From: Priapulus caudatus
Lineage: Eukaryota
DNA: 33,987 bases
Direction of reading: 5' to 3'
Assembly (NCBI RefSeq): GCF_000485595.1
Contig: NW_014577067.1
Location: forward strand, 836,321-870,307
Made by a program: the position numbers and the translations under genes. The notes beneath the pieces were generated by a model. The model worked only from the letters and a program-made list of their open reading frames with translations. It was not told the DNA's origin and made no database searches. Shown here piece after piece: positions 23,261 through 33,987 of this stretch. How positions within the stretch are numbered: the first letter of the stretch is position 1; every line of letters starts with the position of its first letter.

Positions 23261-23415
23261 GATATGACATAAATAAAGTTAATTGCTATACATACCGATT
23301 ATATTGAAGCTAAAAAACAACCAAACAGCACTCATATATATATTATATATATATAGTATACTAATATGCGTGTGTGCCGTGTGTGTGTGATGTCCTGTGC
23401 GCTGCGCGCTGCGGC

Positions 23416-23440
23416 NNNNNNNNNNNNNNNNNNNNNNNNN
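23416..23440. other. Assembly gap (25 N)
   Basis: Run of 25 n. Confidence 0.99.
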
Positions 23441-23609
23441 GCTTTATACTGAACAATCCCCGCGGTTCGCGTGCGCATATCCGTGAACTGCGGCGTCTCA
23501 TCCTGGTCGCGCCAGCGGCTCGAGGCATCAACTAGCCTAAGCTGTGCCCACGCAATTTGTAATCATGTCTCTCTGGAATATATATAATATGATATATTTC
23601 ACACTGTAA

Positions 23610-23835
23610 ACACGCACACAAGCCGCACAACACCACGTACACACGCGCCATATACCGACCCCCCCACGCACACACACATACAACACACGACCGCACACAC
23701 ACACAAACGCACCACACAAGACACACCACAAAGCACACACAGACAACACACACATCAGCACACACACACACAGCACACCACACACACACACACAACACAC
23801 ACACGACCACAACACACACATATATATATATTATA
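23610..23835. repeat. Indel-rich (CA)n followed by (TA)n
   Basis: CA mosaic with frequent single-base indels. Confidence 0.88.
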
Positions 23836-24455
23836 GATATATTTGATGGGAGGAGAATCTCTGCATAATGAAGGGCTGCCGCGATGCTGCACAGGTCAAT
23901 AAAGAAGGTGCAGACAGACATGACGCACTCCCCTTACATCCGGACATCGTATTGATACTCTGTGTCGGACTCGTGGGGGCGGGGAGAGGGTGGAAATGGC
24001 CTAATGTGATTCAACTGTACATCGGAAGCACAGCCCGGACATATCATTAACATACGCCGCGTAACCTGTAGATGATAACCACATGCTGTGCAACGCAAAT
24101 CTCCATTTTTATGTATATGTTTATATTATTGCATGTCATGGTGCTAATCACTACTGCTCGCAGGCCAAAACCGTAATCTGCAAATGAAGCGTGGTATATG
24201 TTATTTGTATGACATATGCTGATATATGGCTGCCGCACATTAAAGCCGTATCTCATCTGTAACGTGTGTATGTTCACCTGTATGCTGGTGTGCTCGCTAC
24301 ATGCTCCCGGCAATCGCGTTCGCTATAATTATGAAATGCACGATTATTTGTATGCAGTGTATGGAGTCGATATATGGCTGCATACAAACGCGTTGTTGCA
24401 TGTAGATAAGTCGTGATGTTCATGTCGATATTACGCGTAACAGCGCTAATATAAG

Positions 24456-24456
24456 G

Positions 24457-24517
<61 letters not shown>

Positions 24518-24535
24518 TGTGTGTGTGTGTTGTGT
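24456..24535. repeat. (GT)n microsatellite
   Basis: GT run. Confidence 0.93.
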
Positions 24536-24631
24536 GCTGTGTCGCTTGTGTGCGTCGGCGTGCGGTGCTGTATATGGTGCATATGTGTACGGCATATGCA
24601 GCTGTAGGATGAAATTAATATAGTTCTTCGA

Positions 24632-25144
24632 GCAGGATTCATCTGTATGGATTGACTGTATAGGCATTCCTCATCTTGCAAAAGACGATAAAAAAGGTAT
24701 AGCTTACATAAAAATAATTAAACAAATTTGATCACCGTGTTCTGCACCGCGGCGCATAATATTTAATTGCCTGCGACAATTTCCTGTCTGGTCTCTGATG
24801 GATCATGCATTGCGTAATCTTGCGGAATGACAGTGAAGGAGCCCTGCAGCTCTCTAACGGACGAGAAAACAGACGGGATAGCGTCGACTCGCCGACATCT
24901 GCCGCCATTGATATATATATATATATATATAGCATGGGCTAACGTTAAGCGTTGTTCGGCGATTTTATCATGGTCAACATCACACGCGTGTCGATACTTA
25001 CGTACACAGAACGTGATGACGTCAGTGTACCCGGGGAAAAGTCGTTTGAGAGTGATTCTTTGATCAATGGTATTTTCTCTGATCTTGTCGGAACACGTCT
25101 CTCGCGTGTTTGTTAAGCGCAAACAACACACACAGCGGGGCTCG
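24632..25144 (+). repeat. ~510-bp direct repeat, copy 2
   Basis: Colinear with 22254-22758. Confidence 0.95.
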
Positions 25145-25250
25145 ACAGTATTCTGTTTCACGATTTATGGTTAAATTGTTGCATGTTATACTTCCTGATT
25201 TACTATATGTCGATGTGGAACATACACTCGTGACCCATACATGTAGCCGG

Positions 25251-25261
25251 TGCGTGCGCGC

Positions 25262-25319
<58 letters not shown>
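25251..25319. repeat. (GC)n-(GT)n microsatellite
   Basis: Short GC run followed by a perfect GT run. Confidence 0.95.
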
Positions 25320-25320
<1 letters not shown>

Positions 25321-25840
25321 CGTAGTTAGATTCTTTTCAATTCCGTGGCCGGTAAATGTCTTGCGGTAGGGTGCGTGAGTATATCAAAGCAAATCGAGTT
25401 ACCGGCGCTATCGTAGGGAGCGCGCGGGCCGCACACACGATTGATCCGGGTATGTTCGCTGAGCCATTACACGGTCATAGATCACGTCGGCATCTTTTCT
25501 GCTGCAGACGTTACGGGTCAACATATGTGCGCAAGATCTACGAGCGATGAACATCTGCGTGCGAGCGAATGTTGGCGGATGTTATGTTAAGTAACTCATG
25601 GGTCGCGGCGGAAATGATAAAACATATTTCCCCGCAAGCAGTTTTGTTCGCTAATTTGTAGTTGGCCACGCGACAATGTGCCGTTTCCTAGATAAATGTC
25701 CGAGGATAATACCGTAGAACGCAATTTCGTGAAACGGGTTCTTCCTCCGGCATCATACTCTGCCTCTGTCAACTGGCGTTAACTATTACGAAAGCGAGAA
25801 CTATAGCAACTCACACAAATCATGGTCGTTTTTAGTAACA

Positions 25841-26016
25841 CAGTGCTCGCTGTTTTATCGGGGCAGGTCGGGCGCCACGAAAATATGCCAATTAAACGGT
25901 GGTCCCGATTAAGCGGTAAACACGTAACATTAGTGCGTAACGTTTGTTTTTGAAAGACGCGTGTCGTTTAAGCGATGTGCGCATTTATCCATGGCCCGAT
26001 AAAGCGGGGACCACTG
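25841..26016. mobile_element. Old Tc1/mariner (pogo/Tigger-like) MITE, 176 bp
   Basis: 22-bp TIRs CAGTGCTCGCTGTTTTATCGGG versus the reverse complement of the right end, CAGTGGTCCCCGCTTTATCGGG (18/22). Internal CCCGATTAAGCGG echoes the TIR motif. Flanks are CA/TG rather than the expected TA. Confidence 0.7.
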
Positions 26017-26346
26017 TGCTGCTACTCTGATGCGATTTCGTAGTTCGCAATCCACTATACCGCAAATTGGTGTTTGTGATCGAACTTGAATCTCAGAACA
26101 GGGTTTCTCGCAATGGTGAGGACGCTTTCTACCTAGCTTAGCTAAACTAAGCCGATAGTTTGAAAGTTACATGTAATGCCTTCATATAGCTTATATGAGT
26201 ATCGTCGCCATAACTTTAGTTTTTTTCGTATGGTGCGAAACCGAACTGAATACGCAGCACTCGCTGCGTATACCCTGTGTAACGATCTTATAACCAATAT
26301 ACGCGCCCAGCATTTTATATTTATGCACAGACTACACCCAGAACAC

Positions 26347-26397
26347 AAACACACACATAAAAAAACACAAACACACACACGCACACGCACACGCACA

Positions 26398-26468
<71 letters not shown>

Positions 26469-26494
26469 CAAACACACACAACAACACACACACA
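26347..26494. repeat. (CA)n microsatellite
   Basis: CA run with degenerate edges. Confidence 0.95.
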
Positions 26495-26592
26495 ATGTGA
26501 ATGATTACCTCCGCGCAACGGAGTTGCAGGGGAGGTAATGTAATCGGTCTCGTGTGTGTGTCCAGTCCGCGCGGCGCAATCGATAGCGCGTC

Positions 26593-26737
26593 GAGTCAGC
26601 GAGCGGCGAGTCAGCAGCAGGCGAGTGAGTCAGCAGCAACCACCAGCAAGCGGCGAGTCAGCAGCCGCCACCAGCGAGCGGCGAGTCAGCAGCAAGCGAG
26701 TCAGTCAGCAGCAGCCAACAGCGAGCGGCGAGCCAGC
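26593..26737 (+). repeat. GAGTCAGC(A) subunit repeat with a 75-bp higher-order period
   Basis: AGCGAGCGGCGAGTCAGCAGCA at 26598 and 26673. About 7 GAGTCAG-type subunits. Confidence 0.85.
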
Positions 26738-27011
26738 TCGTAACACATACATGTTACATGCTCGCGGAGGTATGCACTCTCCGTGAGTGCCCTCTGTCTA
26801 GTTTTGTATGCATTCTGGTTACTACTGCTAGTGGTTATACGTCCGCCATACATGACATTTGCGTGTGTAGTGGCTCGCACGCGCTCAGTGTAAAATGACC
26901 CTTGGGAAATTACGTTGTCACATATGAAGTCGCATTGACTGCAGCACATTTTTCACAAAGATAAGCTCAATAGTTAGATATACAGCATCCCCACGCTTTG
27001 TCTCATTAGCG

Positions 27012-27330
27012 CCCCCTCTCACTCTCCCTCCTTCCTGTTCTCTCTCCCCTCTCTCTCTCATTCTCTCTCTGCCTCTATCCGCACCCCATTCATCAGTTCA
27101 CTTCTTCTTCCCATCTCTCTCTGTTTTTTTCTCTCTCTCTCTCTCTCTCTACGTCCCCTTTCGCTCGCTTCCTCTCCCTTCCCCGCTCTCTCTAGCTTCC
27201 CCTCCTTCTCTTTCTCATTCTCTGCCTTCCCCTCTTAATCGATTTCCCTCCATCCCTACCTCTCTTCCCCTCTCTCTGTCTCCTTCTGCCTACCCACCTC
27301 TCTCGGCTCCCTCGTCTTCCCGCTCTTCAC
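27012..27330. repeat. CT-rich polypyrimidine tract
   Basis: Degenerate (CT)n. Confidence 0.88.
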
Positions 27331-29569
27331 CGTGCGCCATACTTATACGGACGAAGGCCACAAGTACTTTATTGATTTTCCAAGCACCGACGAGGTCTCT
27401 CCGTCTGATAAACAAGCACAGGCGGCGACAGGCGGCGGCGCAATGCCTGCAGAAATATAATTAAACCGCACGCGAGACCACACGCGTGCAAGCGCTCGTA
27501 TATAACGTACTGATATGCGCGTACGCTCGCTCCGACAACGATGCAGAAAAAATATTTACTACGCGATAGTGACGAGATGATATTTACGGCCGAGGTTACG
27601 GCCGAAGCGAAACGCGGTCAAAGTTGGCGCGCTACTTCCGGAGTCATCCTACCACGTCCGCTCGACCCTGAAAACATTCAACCAGTTCTCAAACGCGATT
27701 GATCTAGTATCGATTGGTCGAGTATCGATTGATTTCCTACTGATTTCCTCCGCCAGTCGCGTTCCTGACATTCTAACGTTCAAGTTCGTGCGACCTTCGG
27801 CGCGTGATCCATTTTATCGGCGATAATATTTTTCCGATCGGCTTCACGCTACGTAGATTTTCTATTATCGCTCCTGATGCGCCTGTTAGGGCATGAGGGC
27901 AGGCATCAAACGTCTTGCTGGGCTGCACACGATGTCTCCCGAGCATGCTGGGCGGCTTGTTTAAACATTAACACAGCGCGAGCGACGTGAAGCTTCCGCA
28001 TGCAGCGTTCCAATCAACGCGCCACCTGACCTAGATCCGATTGCTATAATCTACGACGAAGGGTCGGCGGCTCGTCGATAGAATATTAGTCTCGATTAGG
28101 TAATGACGACTACGTCATCTACTGTGGCTGAATTGTAATCAGACTGTGATGGTGAAAAGAAGAAGAGTGAAAAGCGAGTGGGGAAGGGCGAAGGGGGAAG
28201 GTTGAACGGCAAGAGGAAAGGGAGTGATGAATGGAAGGAAGTGTGTGGAAGAAATGAGAAATAAAAATTCATGTATGACGGTTCCGCTCAGTAGCTACTC
28301 CGAGAGCTGTGTCGGCCAAAATGTATAATGTCGTCGCAAAATATGAAATGAAATAAAATAGGCGAAACGGTGCAAATCTTCAACATCTCGAAAATCGAAA
28401 ACGCGGCTTTAGTTATAAAATAAAAATAGAATGAAATAGACTAAACGAAATGCAACAAGGCTTTAAATACTTATGTTTACTTATCGCGAAGGTACTTTAC
28501 CAAATGAACACGATTTTAACCGTTAGAGTTTTTCAATGCCCGTTCTCTTCGCTGCGACCCTCTGCTAATAATCCACCCTCACATTGAAATTGTTGGATAA
28601 GATTCGATAGCATTACACGTACACGATGCAGTTTGAAAACTGATAGTAATAGCTACAGACGTACCTACATAGGGGGGCCTACGTCTATACCCACTTTATA
28701 AAGTAGTTCTAAAGACGATTTCTTTTGACATGACTTTTATGGCAGTGATGGATGATCGATGTTACGATTAAAATGTAATAGTAAATAAACTAAACACGCA
28801 GTATAACATATACGCTAAACCGCCGTAGCAGGTAGGCCCTACCTGACCCAGCAATCATGAACATGTCTAGCACCGTGAACATTATATAGTTGGATGTTGT
28901 TATATATTCTGTTTGTTTATAATAGATCTATTCTGGATATACAATTATACTCGTGCAATTAACATCATACGATATAAATTATACAATATAAAATGATTGT
29001 ACAGTTATAATTAAACAATTCTACAACTATATATATAGTCGTATACAAGGTTGGTAACACCGGGTAACGGTGGAGATTTGACTTGATCTAACATCCCGCT
29101 GGGATCGATCTGTTGCCGACATCGCGCCGACGTTTGCCGTGCGACGCCACCGCGTGATACTCGACGTAATTGAAATCAAATATTGCCGACGATCACATCA
29201 CAACACCGATACACCACCACCGTGCTATATGCTCGCACCGTAAACAAAGGTTGACTATTTCCTTTTGGAAGCAACAACAAATCTATGTCGTATTGAGTTG
29301 TTATTGACGGATTAGTTATGGTGTGACTATATTGGTGTAGCAATGACGTAGACAATAATAAGATATGTATGATTATCTATTAACGATAGATATTTCGTAA
29401 GACGCATGTTGGACTGACTAATGGAACAGTTAATGTAGGTAATGGTCTGGCATACTGCACTGGTCAGGGCATTTCATGGATATAGACAATGACAAGACGT
29501 CTACAAGGACGTTGGTGGTGTCGACAATGGTAAGATATACTGGATTCGTCAGGACGGTGGGTGATGTTC

Positions 29570-29770
29570 ACATATTCTTCTGGCAACAGAATTTGGTGCG
29601 GTGCAGTAGTAATTAAGTCATATTTAAGTGGTAAATGTAGCTGAGGGTGTAGACAATCGTAAGACATATCGTCTGGCGACAGAATCTGATGCTTTGCAGT
29701 GGTAAGACATATTTAAGTGGTCAATGTAGCTGGGGATGTAAGCAATCGTAAGGCATATCGTCTGGTAAGG
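29570..29770 (+). repeat. ~89-93-bp tandem duplication (about 2.2 copies) with more degenerate upstream subunits
   Basis: CATATTTAAGTGGT at about 29619 and 29707; CATATCGTCTGG at 29665 and 29754; TCTGGCRACAGAAT at 29579 and 29672. Confidence 0.85.
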
Positions 29771-30599
29771 CATTGCACTTGTCAGGTCAGCTAACGATGC
29801 AGGCGATAGCGACGTCGATGTTTTTTTGCTCGCGATGCACAGCGTCTCGACACGTATTGATCCCCGCGGGAGGTAAAGATCGCCGTAAGAGAATCAATTT
29901 CTGGGCTATGAATAGGTTTTCCACGCGGCGCCGCTGGCATTTCCGTCTCGCACGACATCAGCAGCGATGCCTGTCCGTGCCACTATATTGTAACTCGCGT
30001 ATACGCACTACAGAACACAGTCGTACGTCGCCGGTACCTGAAGTTAACTGCTGCTGCTCGCCTGGCGAGACGGAAAACACGTGACGGATATAGAGTTAAA
30101 ATCGATATTTTTCAGACGTGTGGCTTGTAAATTGTATGGCGTTTCCCATTGTTGCGTAAGCATTGCATCTGTATGCTGCTGCAATGCCACTGCAGTACGG
30201 TGGTCAAAGCGGTCAGGCATTTCTATATACTGACATCAGTTTTGTCATTTTTTATTTTTTATTTTTGTTCGCGACTGTGCCGCTTTTATATGGGGCACAC
30301 CGATACACACTAACGCCCGATATAGTTGGCGACAAAATTTCTCAAGCCATGCACACCCTCCCATACAATAAACACTAAGGCAAAAAAAACATCACGTGAA
30401 ATTGCCATTCAAGGATATACCGCACACACGAAAAAGTAACAATAAATATTCTACGTATGGCAATGGCGATATTTTACTACGTGTCCTTTGGCGCAGACAG
30501 AAGCATGCAGATAGAAACGACAAACCAAGCAAGATGTAGGAGAGAACCGATTGGCCATAACGTGGAACGTGGACTTTAACGTGGACGTATATTTTAACT

Positions 30600-31175
30600 T
30601 TAGCGCAAACCCCCATTTTCATCGTGCGTTTTGTCGTATCACGACTTGACGTGATTCCCTTCTACAAGTTAACGTTAGCGTGAAATGACGTCTTAACCCG
30701 TTATTGCTCTAAGCCTCGATGTTTTGAGGAATTTTATGCCTTATTTTGTTCGACTTTAGTAGTGCAGCAATTTCTAGCCTCACATGCAGACAGATAGCCT
30801 TCCCATACTCCTCGCATGGAGCAAGTCTCACCTTTTTTCACACGAATCCCAGCAAATCTCGTTTGCAAAATCTCTTGTTGCAAATGCCGCTTCGGCCAGT
30901 TATATACACGGGAGAAACAAAACGTAGACGATTGCATAGCGAAACATCAGCGCAGGATCGTTAAACTGGATCTTTTAAAGCAATATCCTCCGATCCTTTC
31001 TTCCATAACTTGCCGGCATTTCAAGTGTCTGTAGTAAAGTCACCATGTCAAATAAGATTCGTACGTTGTTATATCCGCGAATCGATGCAACGATAGCAAA
31101 TTACATCGATCGTACATACCACTGCAGCAATACAATTGTTCCGACGCAACACTAATGGAATCCCCCTTCGGGCAC
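30600..31175 (+). mobile_element. Degenerate Penelope-like retroelement 3' fragment (linker + GIY-YIG endonuclease), frameshifted
   Basis: Ordered motifs across frames: AFCRITT*RDSL (30626-30661), CSKPRC (30705-30722), NLVCKISCCKC (30855-30887), YTGETKRR (30905-30928), CIAKHQRRI (30933-30959), RHF (31014-31022), H (31041), SPFG (about 31160-31171). These follow the PLE pattern AFRRxxNLRDxL / CxKPRC / NLVYxIxCxxC / YIGETKR / RIxEH / HF..H / PxG. Recognised by eye. Confidence 0.75.
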
Positions 31176-31289
31176 GCATGCGAGTCATCCCAATCCCCCA
31201 TCTACGGCATTCCATTTAATTATTTAAAAAATCGTGGTTAATATTAGGCGTGTGCCTGTCGTGGGAACGACAACTGTGGGCCACGTGCG

Positions 31290-31545
31290 CGGGGATCTAT
31301 TAGTGAGAAATTGATGGATCGTTGTTGTGCGGTGGATGCATCTACATCAGTCCCATGTCTGTAGCCGAGGGCCCGGGTTCGAATCCGGACCCATGCATGA
31401 GTAGCTCACCTTCAGGTCACATTTGGCAGGCTTGCTTATGCTCAACTATTTCTTACACACACGTGCGCGCACGCACGCATACGTACACGCACAAACACAC
31501 TCATATATAAATAAATAAATAAATATATATATATATATATACATA
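31290..31545 (+). mobile_element. Probable tRNA-derived SINE remnant
   Basis: Perfect Pol III B-box GGTTCGAATCC at 31376-31386 in an imperfect T-arm (CCGGG-TTCGAAT-CCGG), followed by a CA/TAAA/TA simple-repeat tail at about 31455-31542. No full cloverleaf, A-box unclear, boundaries approximate. Confidence 0.4.
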
Positions 31546-31849
31546 TTGGTAGGCACACATTTTTAGTAGTAATCATCGTCGCGAGTTTTTTTGCTGTCGT
31601 TTTCTTTCACAGCAACCAAGCAAACTCCCTCTGGTTTGCGTAGTCTGAATATTTTATCGGGAAACCCTGCCCCCGCTATCCCTGCAGTACCTACCAGCCT
31701 CCCTCACCGCATTATATAATCGCTACGTCCTCAATCCGTACATCATTACAGCGACGCCACTTGCGTGACCATGGCAACACTGGCTGCGCACACATAGCAT
31801 CCACCTATCGGGGTGACCTAAGGCGACGCTGTCTGCTATATGATCATTA

Positions 31850-32050
31850 CACGTCAGCGTACACACAGACGCACTTACACGCGCAGACGCACGCGCGCAC
31901 GCACATACGTGCCCTATGCACCCATGCTCGCACGCATGCACGCACTCACTCGCACGCGCACCCACAGCTACACCCGCATTACACGCACGTACATACGCAC
32001 ACGCACACAAACACGAACGCACACCAACACACGCGCATGCACGCGCGTTC
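31850..32050. repeat. Degenerate (CA)/(CACG) mosaic
   Basis: Alternating purine-pyrimidine low complexity. Confidence 0.85.
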
Positions 32051-32284
32051 GTCCGACCTAGCTAGGGCGCAGCAGACAAACTGACGCCTAGACTTGTCGC
32101 TTCACCGCTCGCATGCACCCGCGTGCCACGTGGTCATATCACTAGAATATGGTGGCCAAAATGATCATTAAATTCTTTACCAAAGGCTGGGAACATGAGT
32201 ATCACTAACTCGGGAGGTTTAGCTCTGATAATGGGTTTACGTACGTTATGTGGGGCACTGCCTTATTTGGCATCACTAGCGCGG

Positions 32285-32404
32285 GTGATGCCCACTGGTG
32301 TCCACGCAGACTCCACGCGTGCTGCACTCCGGCGGCCTGGTAGACTGCGCGCGTGCTGCCCTCTGGCGACATTGTAGACTGCACACGTGATGTCCCCTGG
32401 CGGT
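32285..32404 (-). repeat. 34-bp tandem repeat (about 3.5 copies), each unit with a CTCF-like core on the minus strand
   Basis: GTG(A/C)TG unit starts at 32285, 32319, 32353 and 32387. Minus-strand cores ACACCAGTGGGCATC, CCGCCGGAGTGCAGC, TCGCCAGAGGGCAGC, CCGCCAGGGGACATC. Confidence 0.75.
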
Positions 32405-33490
32405 TTCCCACAGGAGACGGGTATTCACGCAAGCCACTAGGCGCCAGCCAGCTAAGTGCAACTCAGCGATTAAAGTTTTATGACGTAACCAAAAAAAACA
32501 AACGCTTATTGCTTTTCGTAATTAGATTTGCTAATCTCTTCCGCCGTGTGTGTCGCCATAGCATGGACGCATGCGCAGACGACGTCTAGTTAGCTTCCCG
32601 ATTAAATGGCTGCATGCATTCAGATGTCCGCGCGTGCGATTGCGTTTTCGTCGCTATAGTAACGCGAGAAAAAAGATGAAGAAGTCTGAAGCGAACATCT
32701 GAGTAGATTTGAGTTCGTTATGCGACTTAGAATTAAAATCGATCATCAATTTTCGCAGCAAACCATCTTATTCTATATTCACTTCAACGCAAGCGCGACT
32801 ATATGCATTATCACGTATCAAATCACGCGCGCGTACACGCTAAAATGCCATTTAACGAACAGAATATCTTTGCCGTCAATCCCGATGCAATATACCATCG
32901 TGCTCTCTGCAATTTATCGCGTAAATTATTATTACGAAGCCGATGAATATATTTAATCTGGACGTAACATTTTTCGTGTCCGTGTTCTAGTGATTGAACT
33001 GCTGCCGGGGGATTTTTTCCATCTAAAATGGTCGGCGTTCGAGTCTATAATAAGCTGTCTTCGCTCGTGCGTAAAGAAATGCGCGAGTCTCGCGTGGCCT
33101 CTTACTGTTGTGAATTAAGAGGAATAAATCAGTGGAAGGCGCTACGCAAATCAATTCACGTCGTCTGTATGGCTTCTTCACACCCTGGGCTGAACGTCAG
33201 CTCGATGACCGAGGGAAACAGGGTGTGAGGTATGTAATGCTCACATGCTGTACGCGTAGTCATTTTAATCAATTTTGTATCGCAGTGCCTCGAAAGAGAT
33301 TAAGCCAAGCAGCTCCGCCACAACCAAGTACATTAGCGCTGAGGTCGATGGATGGACAAAGTACGGCTACTGGTGCTTATATATATATATAATATATATA
33401 TATATTATTATATATAACTTGTCGGGAGTGATCAATGGTCGTTTCGCCTAGCGCGCAAAGCTTGTCTGGAATGCGGGTAATTTCTTCCCT

Positions 33491-33493
<3 letters not shown>

Positions 33494-33532
<39 letters not shown>

Positions 33533-33716
33533 GTCTCTCTCTCTCTCTATCTCTCTCTCGTCTCTCTCTCTCTCTCTCTCTCTCTCTACTCTCTCTCTAC
33601 TCTCTCTCTTTCTTGCCCTCGCTCATCAAGATCGGCTCCTCCTCTCTTTCTTTCTCCTCTCTCCTCTCTCTCCTCTCTCTCTCTCTCTTCTCTCTCTCTC
33701 TTCTCTCTCTCTCTCT
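33494..33716. repeat. Interrupted (CT)n microsatellite
   Basis: Long CT run with small interruptions. Confidence 0.95.
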
Positions 33717-33987
33717 GTCGCTGCACATCGGCGTGTTATTGGACTTAGAATCGATCAGCAGAATCTATTGGCGTAGTGGGATGTGTATATGCGACTATAT
33801 GAAAAAGCTGAAAGATTGCAATCAGCGGGGGGACACAGAACAGATCCGGGCCGTGGCGAGGCATCCCGGTACGATGTTATACGAGGGTGGGGTGCGAGTC
33901 AATGGGCTCTTCGCTTGGATGGCTAAGACGTGGCTACAGCTGCTCGGTTTGGTAGAGGGCGCATGGACCTGTCTATCATAAGGCACC

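Noticed and set aside
31330..31400. Functional tRNA gene
   Set aside because: Only the T-loop/B-box is recognisable. The T-stem is imperfect and I could not build D, anticodon or acceptor arms.
33435..33981. ORFs of 113 and 122 aa at the window end
   Set aside because: They depend largely on the (CT)n tract and the unique part has no recognisable motif.

Overview
Repeat-rich, essentially non-coding eukaryotic DNA, most likely from an invertebrate animal draft assembly (inferred from dense CA/GT, GA/CT and TA microsatellites, no obvious CpG depletion and three N-gaps). I found no intact protein-coding gene, rRNA, intact tRNA or CRISPR array. Nearly all ORFs in the track are translations of simple repeats. 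Supportable features are: a ~4.1 kb G-rich 38-bp minisatellite; two PIF/Harbinger-type MITEs with TWA target-site duplications (TSDs); a pogo/Tigger-like MITE; an 815-bp TAG...CTA element with a 3-bp TSD (Academ-like) inserted into a small palindrome and itself carrying a nested hairpin; a frameshifted Penelope-like GIY-YIG remnant; a probable tRNA-derived SINE; several small tandem repeats, one built from CTCF-like cores; and a ~505-bp direct duplication around a 25-N gap. I cannot demonstrate a new biological system. The best leads are the nested palindromic transposon, the Penelope relic, the CTCF-like array and a possible CxC5/KDZ-like cysteine cluster. Some sequence next to the gaps looks like uncorrected long-read data, so indel-level detail there is unreliable.
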